NCBI RefSeq assembly: GCF_001194135.2
Contig: NC_068988.1
Coordinates: 46,781,553-46,845,552 of the forward strand
DNA length: 64,000 nt
Reading direction: 5' to 3'
From: Octopus bimaculoides
Lineage: Eukaryota
A program made the translations under genes and the position numbers. Positions 1 through 12,392 of the stretch are shown in pieces; the first letter of the stretch is position 1; every line of letters begins with the position of its first letter. The notes below the pieces were generated by a model that saw nothing but the letters and a program-made list of their open reading frames with translations, had not been told where the DNA came from and searched no databases.

Positions 1-1470
1 CTTCCTCCACCTCCTAAGTCTCACAGAAACACATCCTTTGATGCCAAATATAGACACAGCTTTCATTCCAGTATACCAGATACACATACATATAGATTAC
101 ATACATAAACACACATACACACACACATGCACGCACGCACACCCACACACACATACACACACACACACACACACACATACACATACAAGTATTCACAACC
201 ATACTCGGTCATTAACAAATTCCCTCACACAACCATTCACACACGCACAAACACACACACACACTCACGTCCACACTCACACTCACACATAAGTATTTTA
301 ATATTACATATGCAATGCATTATTCATACATCTGTGCATATACATGTGTGAGTGAACTTCTTTTATCAGACCACTCACACGCACACAGGCATATATTCTT
401 CCACATCATATACACATACACATGCATAAGACAATATATGGCGCATATACATAAGAGATATACATAGGTTTGTTAAAGCTGTAGATCAGACACGTTTCTT
501 CCCATATCATATATACACACTCATATACATAAAAGACATACTCACATGAACACAGTCTTGCCACCACACCATCGATCAGAAGCTGTTTAATAAACAGTAA
601 ACCCAGAACAACTGAAGCAATATCTCTTTATTAATTCACAGCTATTTCACGGCTGTCATAATCTTTATTCCTCTGGATTTGATGGTTAATGCCATGGCTT
701 AAGGCCCTAATATGGTGCGGTAATATTAATGAATATGATGGAGGTGTGATATTGTATTGTACATGCTTCCATTTGCATGCATATTTATACACATTGGCAA
801 ATGAATAGACGTTGAGATATATTAGCTGAGACAACACAAGCATACATGCATGCATACATATATAGAGACGTACATGCATAAATACTTATTCACATACATG
901 CATACATATACACATGTATACATATATAAAGTTATATTAATGGATATTGCATAATATATGATATTGTCAGTGATGTACTCTTCATACTGGGAAAGAAGTG
1001 AATATGCTGAACCTTATTATAATGAGGCACACTTGAACATTGTTTTATAACATAAATGTCATGAGCTTAAGTGATAGCAGTTTGTGTTATTTTTGTTGTT
1101 GATGGGCTATGGTTAGTACTCTGCTTGCTCAGAGCTGTTTTGCGGAGCTGTCCTATCAACTGTTTAGAAGTCAATAATATATAATATCTCACACTAGATA
1201 TTCTATGCTTTGAACTAGTGTAGTTTGGGACTACACTTTTTAGTGATTGTCTAATTGATGTCCAGAATGTCAACTTGTGTATATATATATAAATATGTTA
1301 CATCTATTTTGTATTTTGCACTTTGTTCATATATATTTGAAAAAAGAAATCTGGCAATAACTGCAGAAATGGCAGACAAAAGATGGACAATTGATTTGTC
1401 ACCACAATTTGGAAATGTTAATCTATCATGTCTGCATATATGCATGCATGCTTCTACATGTGTGTGAGTG

Positions 1471-1585
<115 letters not shown>

Positions 1586-2180
1586 TTGCAGGCTTTGTTA
1601 TAAACAATATATAATATCTTAACCCTAATGATACTGAAACTATGGGCCATAGGTACTTGTATGCATTCAGGTTGCTGCCTTTCAGTCTGTACACTGGACA
1701 TTATTAGTATCATACATTTTGTGTTACATGTATGTTTCCTTTTATCTTTGCCATATAAACCTGTGAGACTCTATTGTCATATTATATTGTAAGAGAGTTC
1801 AAATCAATGTTAGGTTATTCTCTCGGTGAGGTAGGTGTGATAATGATCAAGTGTGTAAAGAGTAAATCTGGATTTTATAAGGAATTTGATTACTGCATTC
1901 ATGTTTGGAGTTGTATTGTTTGCACAAGGTAGAGCTTGGTAAAATAGGTTAGGCAATTTAGTGGACACACAAACACACACACACATACATGCATCATCAT
2001 CATCATCAACATCATCATCATCCTCATCATTAACATCATCATCCTTTAACATCTATTTTCCATGCTGGCATGGGTTGTTTAGTTCGACCAGAGCTGGCAA
2101 GGTGGAGAGCTGTACCAGATTCCAGTATGATTCAGCGTGATACAGTTCTATTTTTGAGAGACGTGGAATTATGTATATTA

Positions 2181-2363
2181 TTTACATTTGATGGATATTT
2201 GTCCTCATCTTGTTTGCTGTTAACAACCTTTCGGCTGATATACTCTCCAGCCTTTATTAGGTGTATTGGGGAAATTTCGAACCTGGGTCATCATTATTAT
2301 TATTCAGGTCACAGCCTGGAATTGAACTCGGAATCTTACCCACTATGCCATATGCCCGTGGGC
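2181..2363 (-). mobile_element. Short repeat: tRNA-like head + (TAA)n + hammerhead-like motif, copy 1 (internally deleted head)
   Basis: Minus strand has A-box TGGCATAGTGG (2340-2350), B-box GAGTTCAATTCC (2318-2329), short TAA run, then ACAC-CTAATAA-A-GGCTG..CAGCC-GAAAG-GTT; 3' part AACAAGATGAGGACAAATATCC is shared with the copy at 3785-4056. Confidence 0.75.
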
Positions 2364-2734
2364 AATTATAGAGTGAATTTTAGGGCTTATAAATCTAATA
2401 TTTTCCTATCCTTCTTTAATACCTTCCTAATGCCAACTACTTTACCGTGTCTGCAGGGTACATTTAACATGGCAACAACAATTTTACGTGGCAGCAGAAC
2501 AAATGCTTTTTACATGGCAGTGGCACATTGTGTGTGTGTGTGTGTGTTCACTCCTGCTGCAAAAATTCACATGATGGTTGTAAACAAGCATCACCGTCAT
2601 ACAAGCGACGATGTTGGTGCACAGTCTTAAGTGAATAAAACATGTCTGGTCATGGGAAATATTATTTTGCCTGGAAAAAGTAAGTGTTAGCAACAGAAAG
2701 GGCACCCAAACTTAGAAAATCTGACTCAGTAAAT

Positions 2735-3030
2735 GGTGATGGTGATGATGATGATGACAAAAATGACAATGTTAACGATGATGATGGTGACAATGATGAT
2801 GATGATGATGATGACGACGATGATGACGACGACGACAATGACAATGACAATGGTGACAATGATGATGGCGGTGATGGTGATGGTGGTAGTAATGATGTGA
2901 TGATGATGATGACGATGATGATGACAATGGTGATGATGATGATGACAATGTTGGTAACAATGACAATAATGATGATGGTGATGATTATGATGATTATGAT
3001 GACAAAAATGATGATGATGATGATAATGGA
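2735..3030. repeat. Degenerate (GAT/GAC/AAT)n trinucleotide tract
   Basis: Read directly; source of the poly-D/M/S/H ORFs in the track. Confidence 0.95.
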
Positions 3031-3784
3031 GACTTTTCTATATCATTTACCAAACCTTCCTTAACTTGAAAACTTCTAAGTTGGTGATAAACCAAATTTA
3101 GTGAACATTTTAAGAAGCAAACTGAAAATCAAGACATGTTCTTCCCAAACATCGGTATCTTCTTGACCGACCTGAATTCCTATGCGTTCATGATTTATTA
3201 GTATCTTGGAATTTACTTCTAAGACTACAATAAGTATAAAATATGAAATTCTTTCAAACATATTTTTCTCAGCAAAAAATGTTAGCATCTAATGAGAAAT
3301 TATGGTTGAAGACTAAGTGTTTCAACTGGTATGTACAACTTAGTTTGCTAAGAAATTACAGATGCACCTATGTACCTGATAAATAAAAAAAACAAAAAAA
3401 AACAAAACAGTAACGGTAACTCATGTTAATGAAGATGCAAAAAAAAAATGAATAACAAAGTAAAAATAAGTGAAAGAAAACCGAATCATACCAATTAAGA
3501 ATAGTAACTAATTAGTTCTTTTACAGTAATTAACCAATCTTAATTGTAACTTCAAGAAACTTCTTGCAGTTCTCTTGAGAACTTCCCATTTCTCCTTCCA
3601 CAGAAAGATGCCAACAGCATATCTCCTTTCCAGTAGTGGTGTAGATATTTTCCTATAAAATTTACGTTGTCTTTGCATGAATAGCAATATAGATACATAT
3701 GTGAGTTGGTACACATTCATACATACAAACACATGTACACACATATGTACATACATGTGTGTATCTTATTTACATTATTTACAT

Positions 3785-3930
3785 TATTTACGGATATTTG
3801 TCCTCATCTTGTTTGTTGTTAACACAATGTTTCAGCTGATATACCCTCCAGCATTCATCAGGTGTCTTGGGGAAATTTTGAACCTGGGTTCTCATTCTTA
3901 AGGCATTTTTTTATGTTGTTATTATTATTA

Positions 3931-3973
<43 letters not shown>

Positions 3974-4056
3974 TCAAGTCACTGCCTTGAATCGAACTCG
4001 GAATCTTGGGGTTAGTTAGTAGCCCGCGCTCTTAACCACAACGCCATATGCCCGTG
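3785..4056 (-). mobile_element. Short repeat: tRNA-like head + (TAA)n + hammerhead-like motif, copy 2
   Basis: Minus strand has A-box TGGCGTTGTGG (4036-4046), B-box GAGTTCGATTC (3989-3999), about 60 bp of (TAA)n, then the hammerhead-like segment; clearly similar to 2181-2363. Confidence 0.8.
3821..3866 (-). ncRNA. Minimal type I hammerhead ribozyme-like motif (partly mutated)
   Basis: GACAC-CTGATGA-A-TGCTG-GAGGGTATAT-CAGCT-GAAAC-AT-T-GTGTT: CUGAUGA and GAAA cores intact, stem I GACAC/GTGTT, stem II closing pair and stem III mutated. Confidence 0.6.
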
Positions 4057-4881
4057 CATATCTCTTTACATATATTTATAACTATCTATCAATATATATG
4101 TATACAGAAGGAGATGCTGGAAAGATCCTGGCTTTAAGGGTATCGCAAACGGCTTGGTTGGAGGCCCAATCTTCTAAGTTCAATATTCACGATTCAGCAC
4201 TCTTTGCATTTATTTATTTTCCATAGTTAGTCCAGTCATTAGTCATAACTCCAACAAATGAAGAGTGCTCAGAATATATTTGAACGACTTCTTAAAACAG
4301 GATGTGTTTGATTTTTACAAAAGCTCTTATTTCCTAAACTTAGTGAGTTCCAGTAGTTTAATAGTCAACTGATTCTGGTCAAACCATCAGTGTTTCCTCT
4401 ATCTTTCTATATTGACTCAATAAGCAAGTTGTTATAGAAACTCCTAAATGCCCTTGAAGTCCAAGTTAAGTTGAATATATGAATATTAGCTTTATGAAGG
4501 TATATTCAGCATTCATTCTTTCCATTTATTTATTTATTTATCTATTTATTTATTTATTTTATAATGTCATTGGCCATAACCCTAACAACTTAAATTAAGA
4601 TGTGCTTAATGAGATTTATATGCCTTTAGTTATTACATGCATATATTCATACGTACATATATATAAAAAAAAAAGGCAATGTGCATTAGAATTTAATTAT
4701 AGAAATGGCCTCTATTTGTGTTGCATCATCAATGGACGTTAAATTATGATGACACACATACATATATATATTTAGAGGACATTTCTATAATTAAATTCTA
4801 ATGCACATTGCATTTTTTATATGCATGTACATATACATGTGTGTGTATTTGTGTCCATCTATATATACATATATACATACA

Positions 4882-4970
<89 letters not shown>

Positions 4971-5177
4971 GCATATACATATACACATGTATGTGCATAT
5001 GTATGTCAGTATATATATGTGTGTGTACTTGTGTGCGTGTATGAGTGTGTATATGCACATTTGCATATATGAATGTGTGTATATCTATTTATCTTTCTGT
5101 CTGTCTTCCTGCCAGTCTGTCTGGCTGGCTGTCTTTATGTATGTGTCTATGTATGTATTTGTAAAATGCATTGCATT

Positions 5178-5360
5178 GTCATCATCATCATCATCGTTTA
5201 ACGTCCGCTTTCCATGCTAGCATGGGTTGGACGATTTGACTGAGGACTGGTGAAACCGGATGGCAACACCAGCTTCCGATCTGATTTGGCAGAGTTTCTT
5301 CAGCTGGATGCCCTTCCTAACGCAAACCACTCAGAGAGTGTAGTGGGTGCTGTTACGTGA
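5178..5360 (-). mobile_element. (CAT)n-tailed short repeat (SINE or RTE-type 3' end)
   Basis: (CAT)n tail followed by TTTAACGTCCGCTTTCCATGCTAGCATGGGTTGGACG...GGATGCCCTTCCTAACG; inverted near-copy at 57300-57535; fragments near 2020-2110, 41750-41820, 44085-44160 and 52930-53070. Confidence 0.8.
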
Positions 5361-5566
5361 GTTTACAAAATTGTCGTCAAAGTGAAGAAGGCTAAGAAGA
5401 AGAAAGAGTGGGTAAATTAGATGAGGACAGCTTGAGAAAAGCTAATGGCTATCCAGAGAAAGCAAAATAAAGAGATGGATAAATAAATAGAGAGAGAGAG
5501 AGAGAAAGAGGGAGGGAGAGAGATGAAAAGAGAGAGAGAGAGAAAGAGAAAAGTGGGGAGTAGAAA

Positions 5567-6412
5567 NNNNNNNNNNNNNNNNNNNNNNNNNNNNNNNNNN
5601 NNNNNNNNNNNNNNNNNNNNNNNNNNNNNNNNNNNNNNNNNNNNNNNNNNNNNNNNNNNNNNNNNNNNNNNNNNNNNNNNNNNNNNNNNNNNNNNNNNNN
5701 NNNNNNNNNNNNNNNNNNNNNNNNNNNNNNNNNNNNNNNNNNNNNNNNNNNNNNNNNNNNNNNNNNNNNNNNNNNNNNNNNNNNNNNNNNNNNNNNNNNN
5801 NNNNNNNNNNNNNNNNNNNNNNNNNNNNNNNNNNNNNNNNNNNNNNNNNNNNNNNNNNNNNNNNNNNNNNNNNNNNNNNNNNNNNNNNNNNNNNNNNNNN
5901 NNNNNNNNNNNNNNNNNNNNNNNNNNNNNNNNNNNNNNNNNNNNNNNNNNNNNNNNNNNNNNNNNNNNNNNNNNNNNNNNNNNNNNNNNNNNNNNNNNNN
6001 NNNNNNNNNNNNNNNNNNNNNNNNNNNNNNNNNNNNNNNNNNNNNNNNNNNNNNNNNNNNNNNNNNNNNNNNNNNNNNNNNNNNNNNNNNNNNNNNNNNN
6101 NNNNNNNNNNNNNNNNNNNNNNNNNNNNNNNNNNNNNNNNNNNNNNNNNNNNNNNNNNNNNNNNNNNNNNNNNNNNNNNNNNNNNNNNNNNNNNNNNNNN
6201 NNNNNNNNNNNNNNNNNNNNNNNNNNNNNNNNNNNNNNNNNNNNNNNNNNNNNNNNNNNNNNNNNNNNNNNNNNNNNNNNNNNNNNNNNNNNNNNNNNNN
6301 NNNNNNNNNNNNNNNNNNNNNNNNNNNNNNNNNNNNNNNNNNNNNNNNNNNNNNNNNNNNNNNNNNNNNNNNNNNNNNNNNNNNNNNNNNNNNNNNNNNN
6401 NNNNNNNNNNNN
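5567..6412. other. Assembly gap (N run)
   Basis: Other gaps: 32967-33321, 35279-35288, 35484-35563, 36755-36917, 40325-41118, 42085-42991, 46145-46223, about 49847-49854, 51790-51950, 59584-59618 and 63587-63596. Nearly all are flanked by (TA)n, (AG)n or (AAT)n. Confidence 1.
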
Positions 6413-6502
<90 letters not shown>

Positions 6503-6590
6503 AAGAAGAAGAAGATGATGATGATGATGATAATGATAATGATGATGATGATGATGATAATGATAATGATGATGATGATGATGATGATTA
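6413..6590. repeat. Compound microsatellite (AAT)n(AAG)n(GAT/AAT)n
   Basis: Read directly. Confidence 0.97.
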
Positions 6591-6659
6591 AATTGATGTA
6601 TGTATGTATACACTTTTTATATACTATGTTAGACCATGTTGTGATATATTATAATTCTC

Positions 6660-7075
6660 CATAGTTATTTGTGGAAGTCTTCTCAAGAACCAAATATTGC
6701 CAGTCATCACGGTCCCTTGTTATCCCCTCTTTGACGTCCAAGATCCAGATATAAGCCTTAACAACTTTGTTTCGTGTCTTTGTAGATCACCATCTTCCAC
6801 AAACTAATATAGTTTGTGGAAAATGGTGATGCATGTTAAGTAACTAGCACTTCTTTCTGCTGTTATCCTCATAAATGCACATCACATATCCATACAAGCA
6901 CAATCTTATTTCTTGCACACTAGAATATATTACTCTTATGCCCAGATTTTTTCTCAGTGCGTTTGTGCTATTCAGTACATTACACAGCTAATGGGGCACG
7001 CTGGCATCATTTCTGTCCAGTCTTTTTAATTCCTCTGCCTTGAATGCCTATGCTTTCTCTACTATGAAAACCTAA
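6660..7075 (-). mobile_element. Decayed RTE-clade LINE, 3' ORF fragment
   Basis: Minus-strand translation AFKAEELKRLDRNDASV...LRKNLGIRVIYSSVQEIRLCLYGYVM...TRDRDDWQYLVLEK resembles the RTE RT C-terminus and the cleaner copy at 41119-41487; contains stops and frameshifts. Confidence 0.75.
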
Positions 7076-8782
7076 CAAAAGTGATGTACAATCTGTCCTT
7101 TACAGTAAAGGAGAACTTTACTGCCAGCAGCAATAGTATTAGCTTCTTGGACTTTCTCCAACCTGTTCTCACTCTCACTTTTATACATTCTGAGCACCTA
7201 CCTTTCATAGATCAAAACCATGGAAGAAATGTGTTTATTTTCTTATTTCTTTCTGTGATATCAGAGATTCAGCTTATTTACCATCGTCGAACTGAAGCTT
7301 CTGCATTCATATAATATATTCAAGCACACACATACGAATAAAAGTGTGTATGCCTATCCAGGTCTGTCAGCTGGTCTGTAGTTGATCTGGATCTTTTATG
7401 AAGAGCACAATGTCATTGAGCATAGTGATGTTGGAATAATGGTTGAATTTGAGGAGGTGAATGAGTTGATCGACTTGTCGCACATTAAATGCCAATACAC
7501 AAGTGCTGAAATCTCGTATGGAGTTAGAGCAACATGGAAGTATTTTGCCTCGATTACAGATGTGCTCAAAAACATTGCTGGAAAAGACCCTGCATGCAAA
7601 TCTCTTCAATAGCATTTTACATTGAAGCAAAACAGTGTGAAAGTACTATATGTAATGTGACATAAGTCAAATTCTCAACAACTTCGAATGTTCTGGTGGG
7701 TGGGGTAAAGATTCTGCTTTTGGCATATGTCATTACATTACTCAAAGATCTAGAAAAACACTGTATTATAAATCACTTTTCTTTACACCCCCACCGTTAT
7801 TTAGTGGTTTTTACCTCAAAATTATACATCATAAGAAATTTAAAGATAACCAACTTGTATTTCGCATATCATATGACTGACCAGCCATCTTCAGGCAGGT
7901 GCAATATGCCTGGAACAACTTTCAACTGATGCTTCAACTTCAACCACCACCTGAACAATTTATTGACGAAACCACAAAACCTATGAAAATGAGGAAGTCC
8001 AAGTTGCTCCCTGTTTTAAATGTAAAATTGCAAAACAAGACCTAGTAAATGTCAAAGAAATTTATCAAGAACTGAACTACTGTGGCTTAAAAAGACACTC
8101 ATGTTTAAAGAAATTTACGGCTAAAAATAATAGATATCTGGAAACTAGAAGCAAAATCAAATTTTCAATAATCAACTGAACTCACCGTCTGTATGTCAGA
8201 CAAGAGTTGTTGACAACAAGATTATAATTTTTTAGACTATAAACCTCATCTTTAGCTATGAAAATACTTTTTAAGTTTATATCTACGTTTTGTTTTGATC
8301 AATTTGATCTCTGATTGTCATCAGGTGTCGTATTTCTAGATACTATGTATTATCTACTATGTACACAACTCAAAAATATGAAGCTAATTGTCTGAAAAAT
8401 TTATATTCTTCTTCACATAAATATTGCTCTTCAGATTTTTCATGTAAATAACATTCTGATCAATGAAATCAGTAAAGTGTACTGAAAGGGTATTCATCGT
8501 AATGTCTTTGTTACATCGTAGCTTCTGGTGGTCCTTCAATCTTGCATCCATAAGTTTTCACTGTTTCAGATTGTTGTTTTAAACAGCTGCCTGGTTTTCA
8601 CATTACACTTTTGGTTTTCAAACTTCTGCATTTCTGCAGTTTCTCATTCGGTATTAAAGAAAATCTTATAGCAAACTCTTAAACTGCAGCAGCTACATAT
8701 TACAAATGTAAACTTGCCAGACACATCTCTTACACTTAGTGAATAACAAGCCATGAATAGTAGTAACAACAACAATAATAAT

Positions 8783-9008
8783 ATTTTTTTCTACTATAAG
8801 CACAAGTCCTGAAATTTTGGGGGAAGAGGCTTGTCGATTAGATCACCTGCAGTACACAACGGGTTCTTAATCTATCGATCCTGAATGGATGAAAGGATGA
8901 AAGGCAAAGTCGACCTCAGTGGATTTTGAACTCAGAACGGAGCAACAGACCAAATACTGCAAAGCATTTTGTCCAGCATGCAAAAGAATCTGCCAGCTCG
9001 GCACCTTA
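8783..9008 (-). mobile_element. tRNA-derived SINE, family A (Meta-like central domain)
   Basis: Head GAGCTGGCAGA..., B-box GAGTTCAAA, core GTCGACTTTGCCTTTCATCC, tail AGTAGAAAAAATATTATT. Further copies at 9524-9720(-), 9745-9910(-), 22815-23040(-), 27195-27410(-), 27875-28095(+), 29893-30025(-), 43950-44288(+, interrupted) and 46240-46462(+). Confidence 0.85.
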
Positions 9009-9019
9009 AATAATGATAA

Positions 9020-9029
9020 TAATAATGAC

Positions 9030-9113
<84 letters not shown>

Positions 9114-9164
9114 AAGAAGAAGAAGAAGAAGAACAACAACAACAACAACAACAACAATAATAAT
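9020..9164. repeat. Compound microsatellite (AAT)n(AAG)n(AAC)n(AAT)n
   Basis: Read directly. Confidence 0.97.
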
Positions 9165-9523
9165 GTATCATGCCACACACCTGACAACAAGGTATGCGAT
9201 AAGGAAGAAACAAAGGTTAATTGATATAACAGGCTAGCTTGGGAGGTTAAGCAGTTGTGGTCGCTGAGAAAGGTGGTAGTAGTACCATTAACTGTCGGAG
9301 CTCTGGGAACAGTGAGTAAAAATCTTGAGAAGTACATGGAACACATTGGGGCTGCAATAAGGGTGGAGCACTTGCAGAAAACAGCACTGCTTGGAACTGC
9401 TCAAATACTCCGGAAGGTGCTCGAAAAATAAGGGATGTTACCTTAGTTCACTGGTAGTGAACAGCTAACACCGTAGTACATCTCCAGTGTTAGAAGCTGT
9501 GCAAAGACAATAAAATAATAATA
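9165..9523 (+). mobile_element. R4/Dong-like RLE non-LTR retrotransposon, 5'-truncated 3' end
   Basis: 9165-9431 translates VSCHTPDNKVCDKEETKVN*YNRLAWEVKQLWSLRKVVVVPLTVGALGTVSKNLEKYMEHIGAAIRVEHLQKTALLGTAQILRKVLEK*, the GALG...LQK..LLGT..ILR C-terminus of R4-clade elements; ends in TAAAATAATAATA. Confidence 0.85.
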
Positions 9524-11187
9524 GGCACTAGGCCAGTAATTTCTGTGGAAAAAGTAAACCAATAACATCGGCCCCAGTACTTCAACTGGTACTTATTTTA
9601 TGGATCCCGAAATGACTAAAGGCAAAGTTGACCTCGGTGGAATTTGAACTCAGTATATAAGGACGGACGAAATGCCGCTAAGCGTTTTACTCGGTGTGCT
9701 AACAATTCTCCTAGTTCATCGTCTTTTCTTTTCAACTTCATGCACAAGGCCTGAAATTTTTTTAAGCGAGGAGGCTAGTGCTCAACTGGTTCTTATTTTA
9801 TCGACCTTAAGTGGGGGATGAAAATCAAAGTTGACCTCGGCAGTATTTGAACTGAAAATGTAAAGTCATAAGAAATTCCGCTAAGCGTTGTATCCGGCAC
9901 GCTAACGATAATATTTATTAGTTACACGGACTCAAAGAGATTCAGATGTCCGAAGCTTTCACTAGGGGTTACAGAAAAAATGGATACTTGGAATATGAAA
10001 CATATACAAATATCTAAAAATTACAGAGAGAAGGAAGAAAGGACATCACACAATATATGGAAGGACGTATAAGGAAACTTTATGGTACGCACATACAAGC
10101 ATAAATATACACAAGTGCACTTACATATACTTACATGTGCACATATGTATGTGCACACACTCATTTGTATGAGAAGAAATAAAAAGTACAAAAAAAAAAC
10201 ACAATAATTAAAACAAAATACATTTTAAACGAATAAGAGACGAAAGGTTTTCTAGCTCAGTTGTGTTAAGCACTCTACGACCCTGTTAACTTGATTATTT
10301 CTTAAAGTTGTGTTTGAATGGAACCGAATGCTCCAGTAAATATTTTTTTGAGGCATTTGGTGTTGAAAAACACCAGCATCTTGAAGTTATTTTATTTGTA
10401 AGCTTCATATACTATCTCAGTTTTAAACTTACAAGTAATCTATCTTTTGCATGTTGTTTATATTTTATTGTAATTATTATTTTCTTCGGAGAACATTTGG
10501 TACCGTATATACGTTACTTTGTTAATTATTTGTTTGATTTTCGACGATGGCGACGCTTAGTTCAACTTCAACATCTGCATTTTCTTCATGGGGGATGAAG
10601 GGATATCGTTATTGCTTACAAGGAATTATTCCTTCTAACCTGATTTTGTTATCTCAAGTCATTTTTCTGTGATGTCTTTCTCTTTTTCCCCTTCATATTT
10701 TCATCCGTAATTATCATTTCCTCATCGTGCAATGAAAGTGTGCTACTGCAAGTTGGTACTGTTGCGGGATGAAATATTTGCTCATCTATTAACGATAAAA
10801 GACCTAACGATATGTTCTTTACTATCCCGAAGAGCTTTGATAGGTTCAATATTTTTAGTCACTCTTTATTTTCAATATTTTCGTCCACTTTGTTATTGTT
10901 TCATCTTCCGAGTTCTTTGATAATCAACTCTAAAGTGCGCTTCCTCTTTTTACTCCAACAAATACAGCAAATAGGCATCACTAGTCTCATGGCCTTTGCT
11001 TCCGTGCCTTTTACTGGGTAAAGGTCTTATAATGAGTCTTTAACCTTCGAGATTCATTAAGACTCACAAGTATGTTTAGACGCCTTCTGAATGCAGGTCT
11101 CTTTCGTTAACTGCGCTTTTACCACTATTCCATATTGTGATACAAATATATATATATATATATAGACAAATATACTGACAGACAAAC

Positions 11188-11238
<51 letters not shown>

Positions 11239-11245
<7 letters not shown>

Positions 11246-11403
11246 AAATAGCTATGGCCGTTCTATGGAGTTACCCAGGGTTTCGCGTCCATAAAGCACT
11301 TGGCTTTACAATGTCTCGTCTAACAAGACGTTATAAAGCTAAGTGTTTTGTAGACACGAAAATCTTGGTAGTTCCATAGACCGGCTATGACTGTCTTTAT
11401 CTA
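11239..11403. repeat. 165-bp imperfect palindrome (MITE-like hairpin)
   Basis: Arms 11239-11319 and 11323-11403 align ungapped as inverted repeats at 62/81 identity around a 3-nt loop. Confidence 0.85.
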
Positions 11404-12392
11404 AATACTCTACTGCGCTATAATTTAGAATCTGCTTCTCTTTCGGATTCGTGATTTATTGACGATGTGTTTGTGTGTGTTCATCTATATTTGGGATGTG
11501 AATGTACAAGGTTATGTGAAACTATGCGGGATTTCAAAATGAATAGACTGCTTAGGGGAAGTAACTAATACGTATTTCTTAATTTTTATTTCTCTTAAAT
11601 TAGCTCCGGACTTTTGCAAAAGTTTGCGTTCACCGAAGACCAATTCATTTTGTGAATTGTCTTATGTGAGAACATAAGTTTGCTCCCGCTTTCTAAACAA
11701 TGCTTGTTATGGATTATGTTTCATTCAGCTTCTCATAATCAAGTCCATCAACAAACCTCCCTATAAAGCTCAGCTATTAAGTCTGGTAAAATACATTTTA
11801 GTGACAAAAGAAGTAAAGCTGGGTTTTGCAACATAAAAATCAATTTTAGGAGGTTAAAATAAACTATGAAAGTAACCGAGAATTAACCATTAAGCGAATT
11901 TAAATCCGCTGATGGTGATGTTATTGTTTATAACATTATTAGCATGATATTTTGAGACCTAGTTCACAATTGTAATGTCATTACACAATGAAGCCAAATA
12001 TCTTTAAAATTTAATGGATTTAGGATTACTGTCATTACGTACTTAATATAACAGTATAAAAATAAACTGAATAAAAGTTCTTTTTACAATAAAATTAAAA
12101 TTTGAACAATGCCAGAGCACTCTCCTCCATATGTACACACATACATACATATCTGTCCACGTTTATTTCCAGGTCAATTTATAATAAAACAATTTTACAT
12201 TAAACTGACGGATTATTCAAAGCATTTTACAGATATTTATCCTTCTTTAAATATTCTTACAGATATTTATCATTCTGTAAAATGAATGGTGTTGATTGTG
12301 CTTTCGAAGTTTCGATTTACTTAGCCTTCATCCAATGAAACTAATCAGACCAATACTTTGAAGTCACTCTTAATGCTGTTCTTGTTAAAGAA

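Noticed and set aside
3076-3670. Minus-strand short ORFs and acceptor-like sites
   Set aside because: No frame gives a consistent spliced ORF; peptides not recognised.
7340-8720. Protein-like fragments on both strands (ORF 7382-7612 and neighbours)
   Set aside because: Probably old TE debris, but I found no diagnostic motif to name it.
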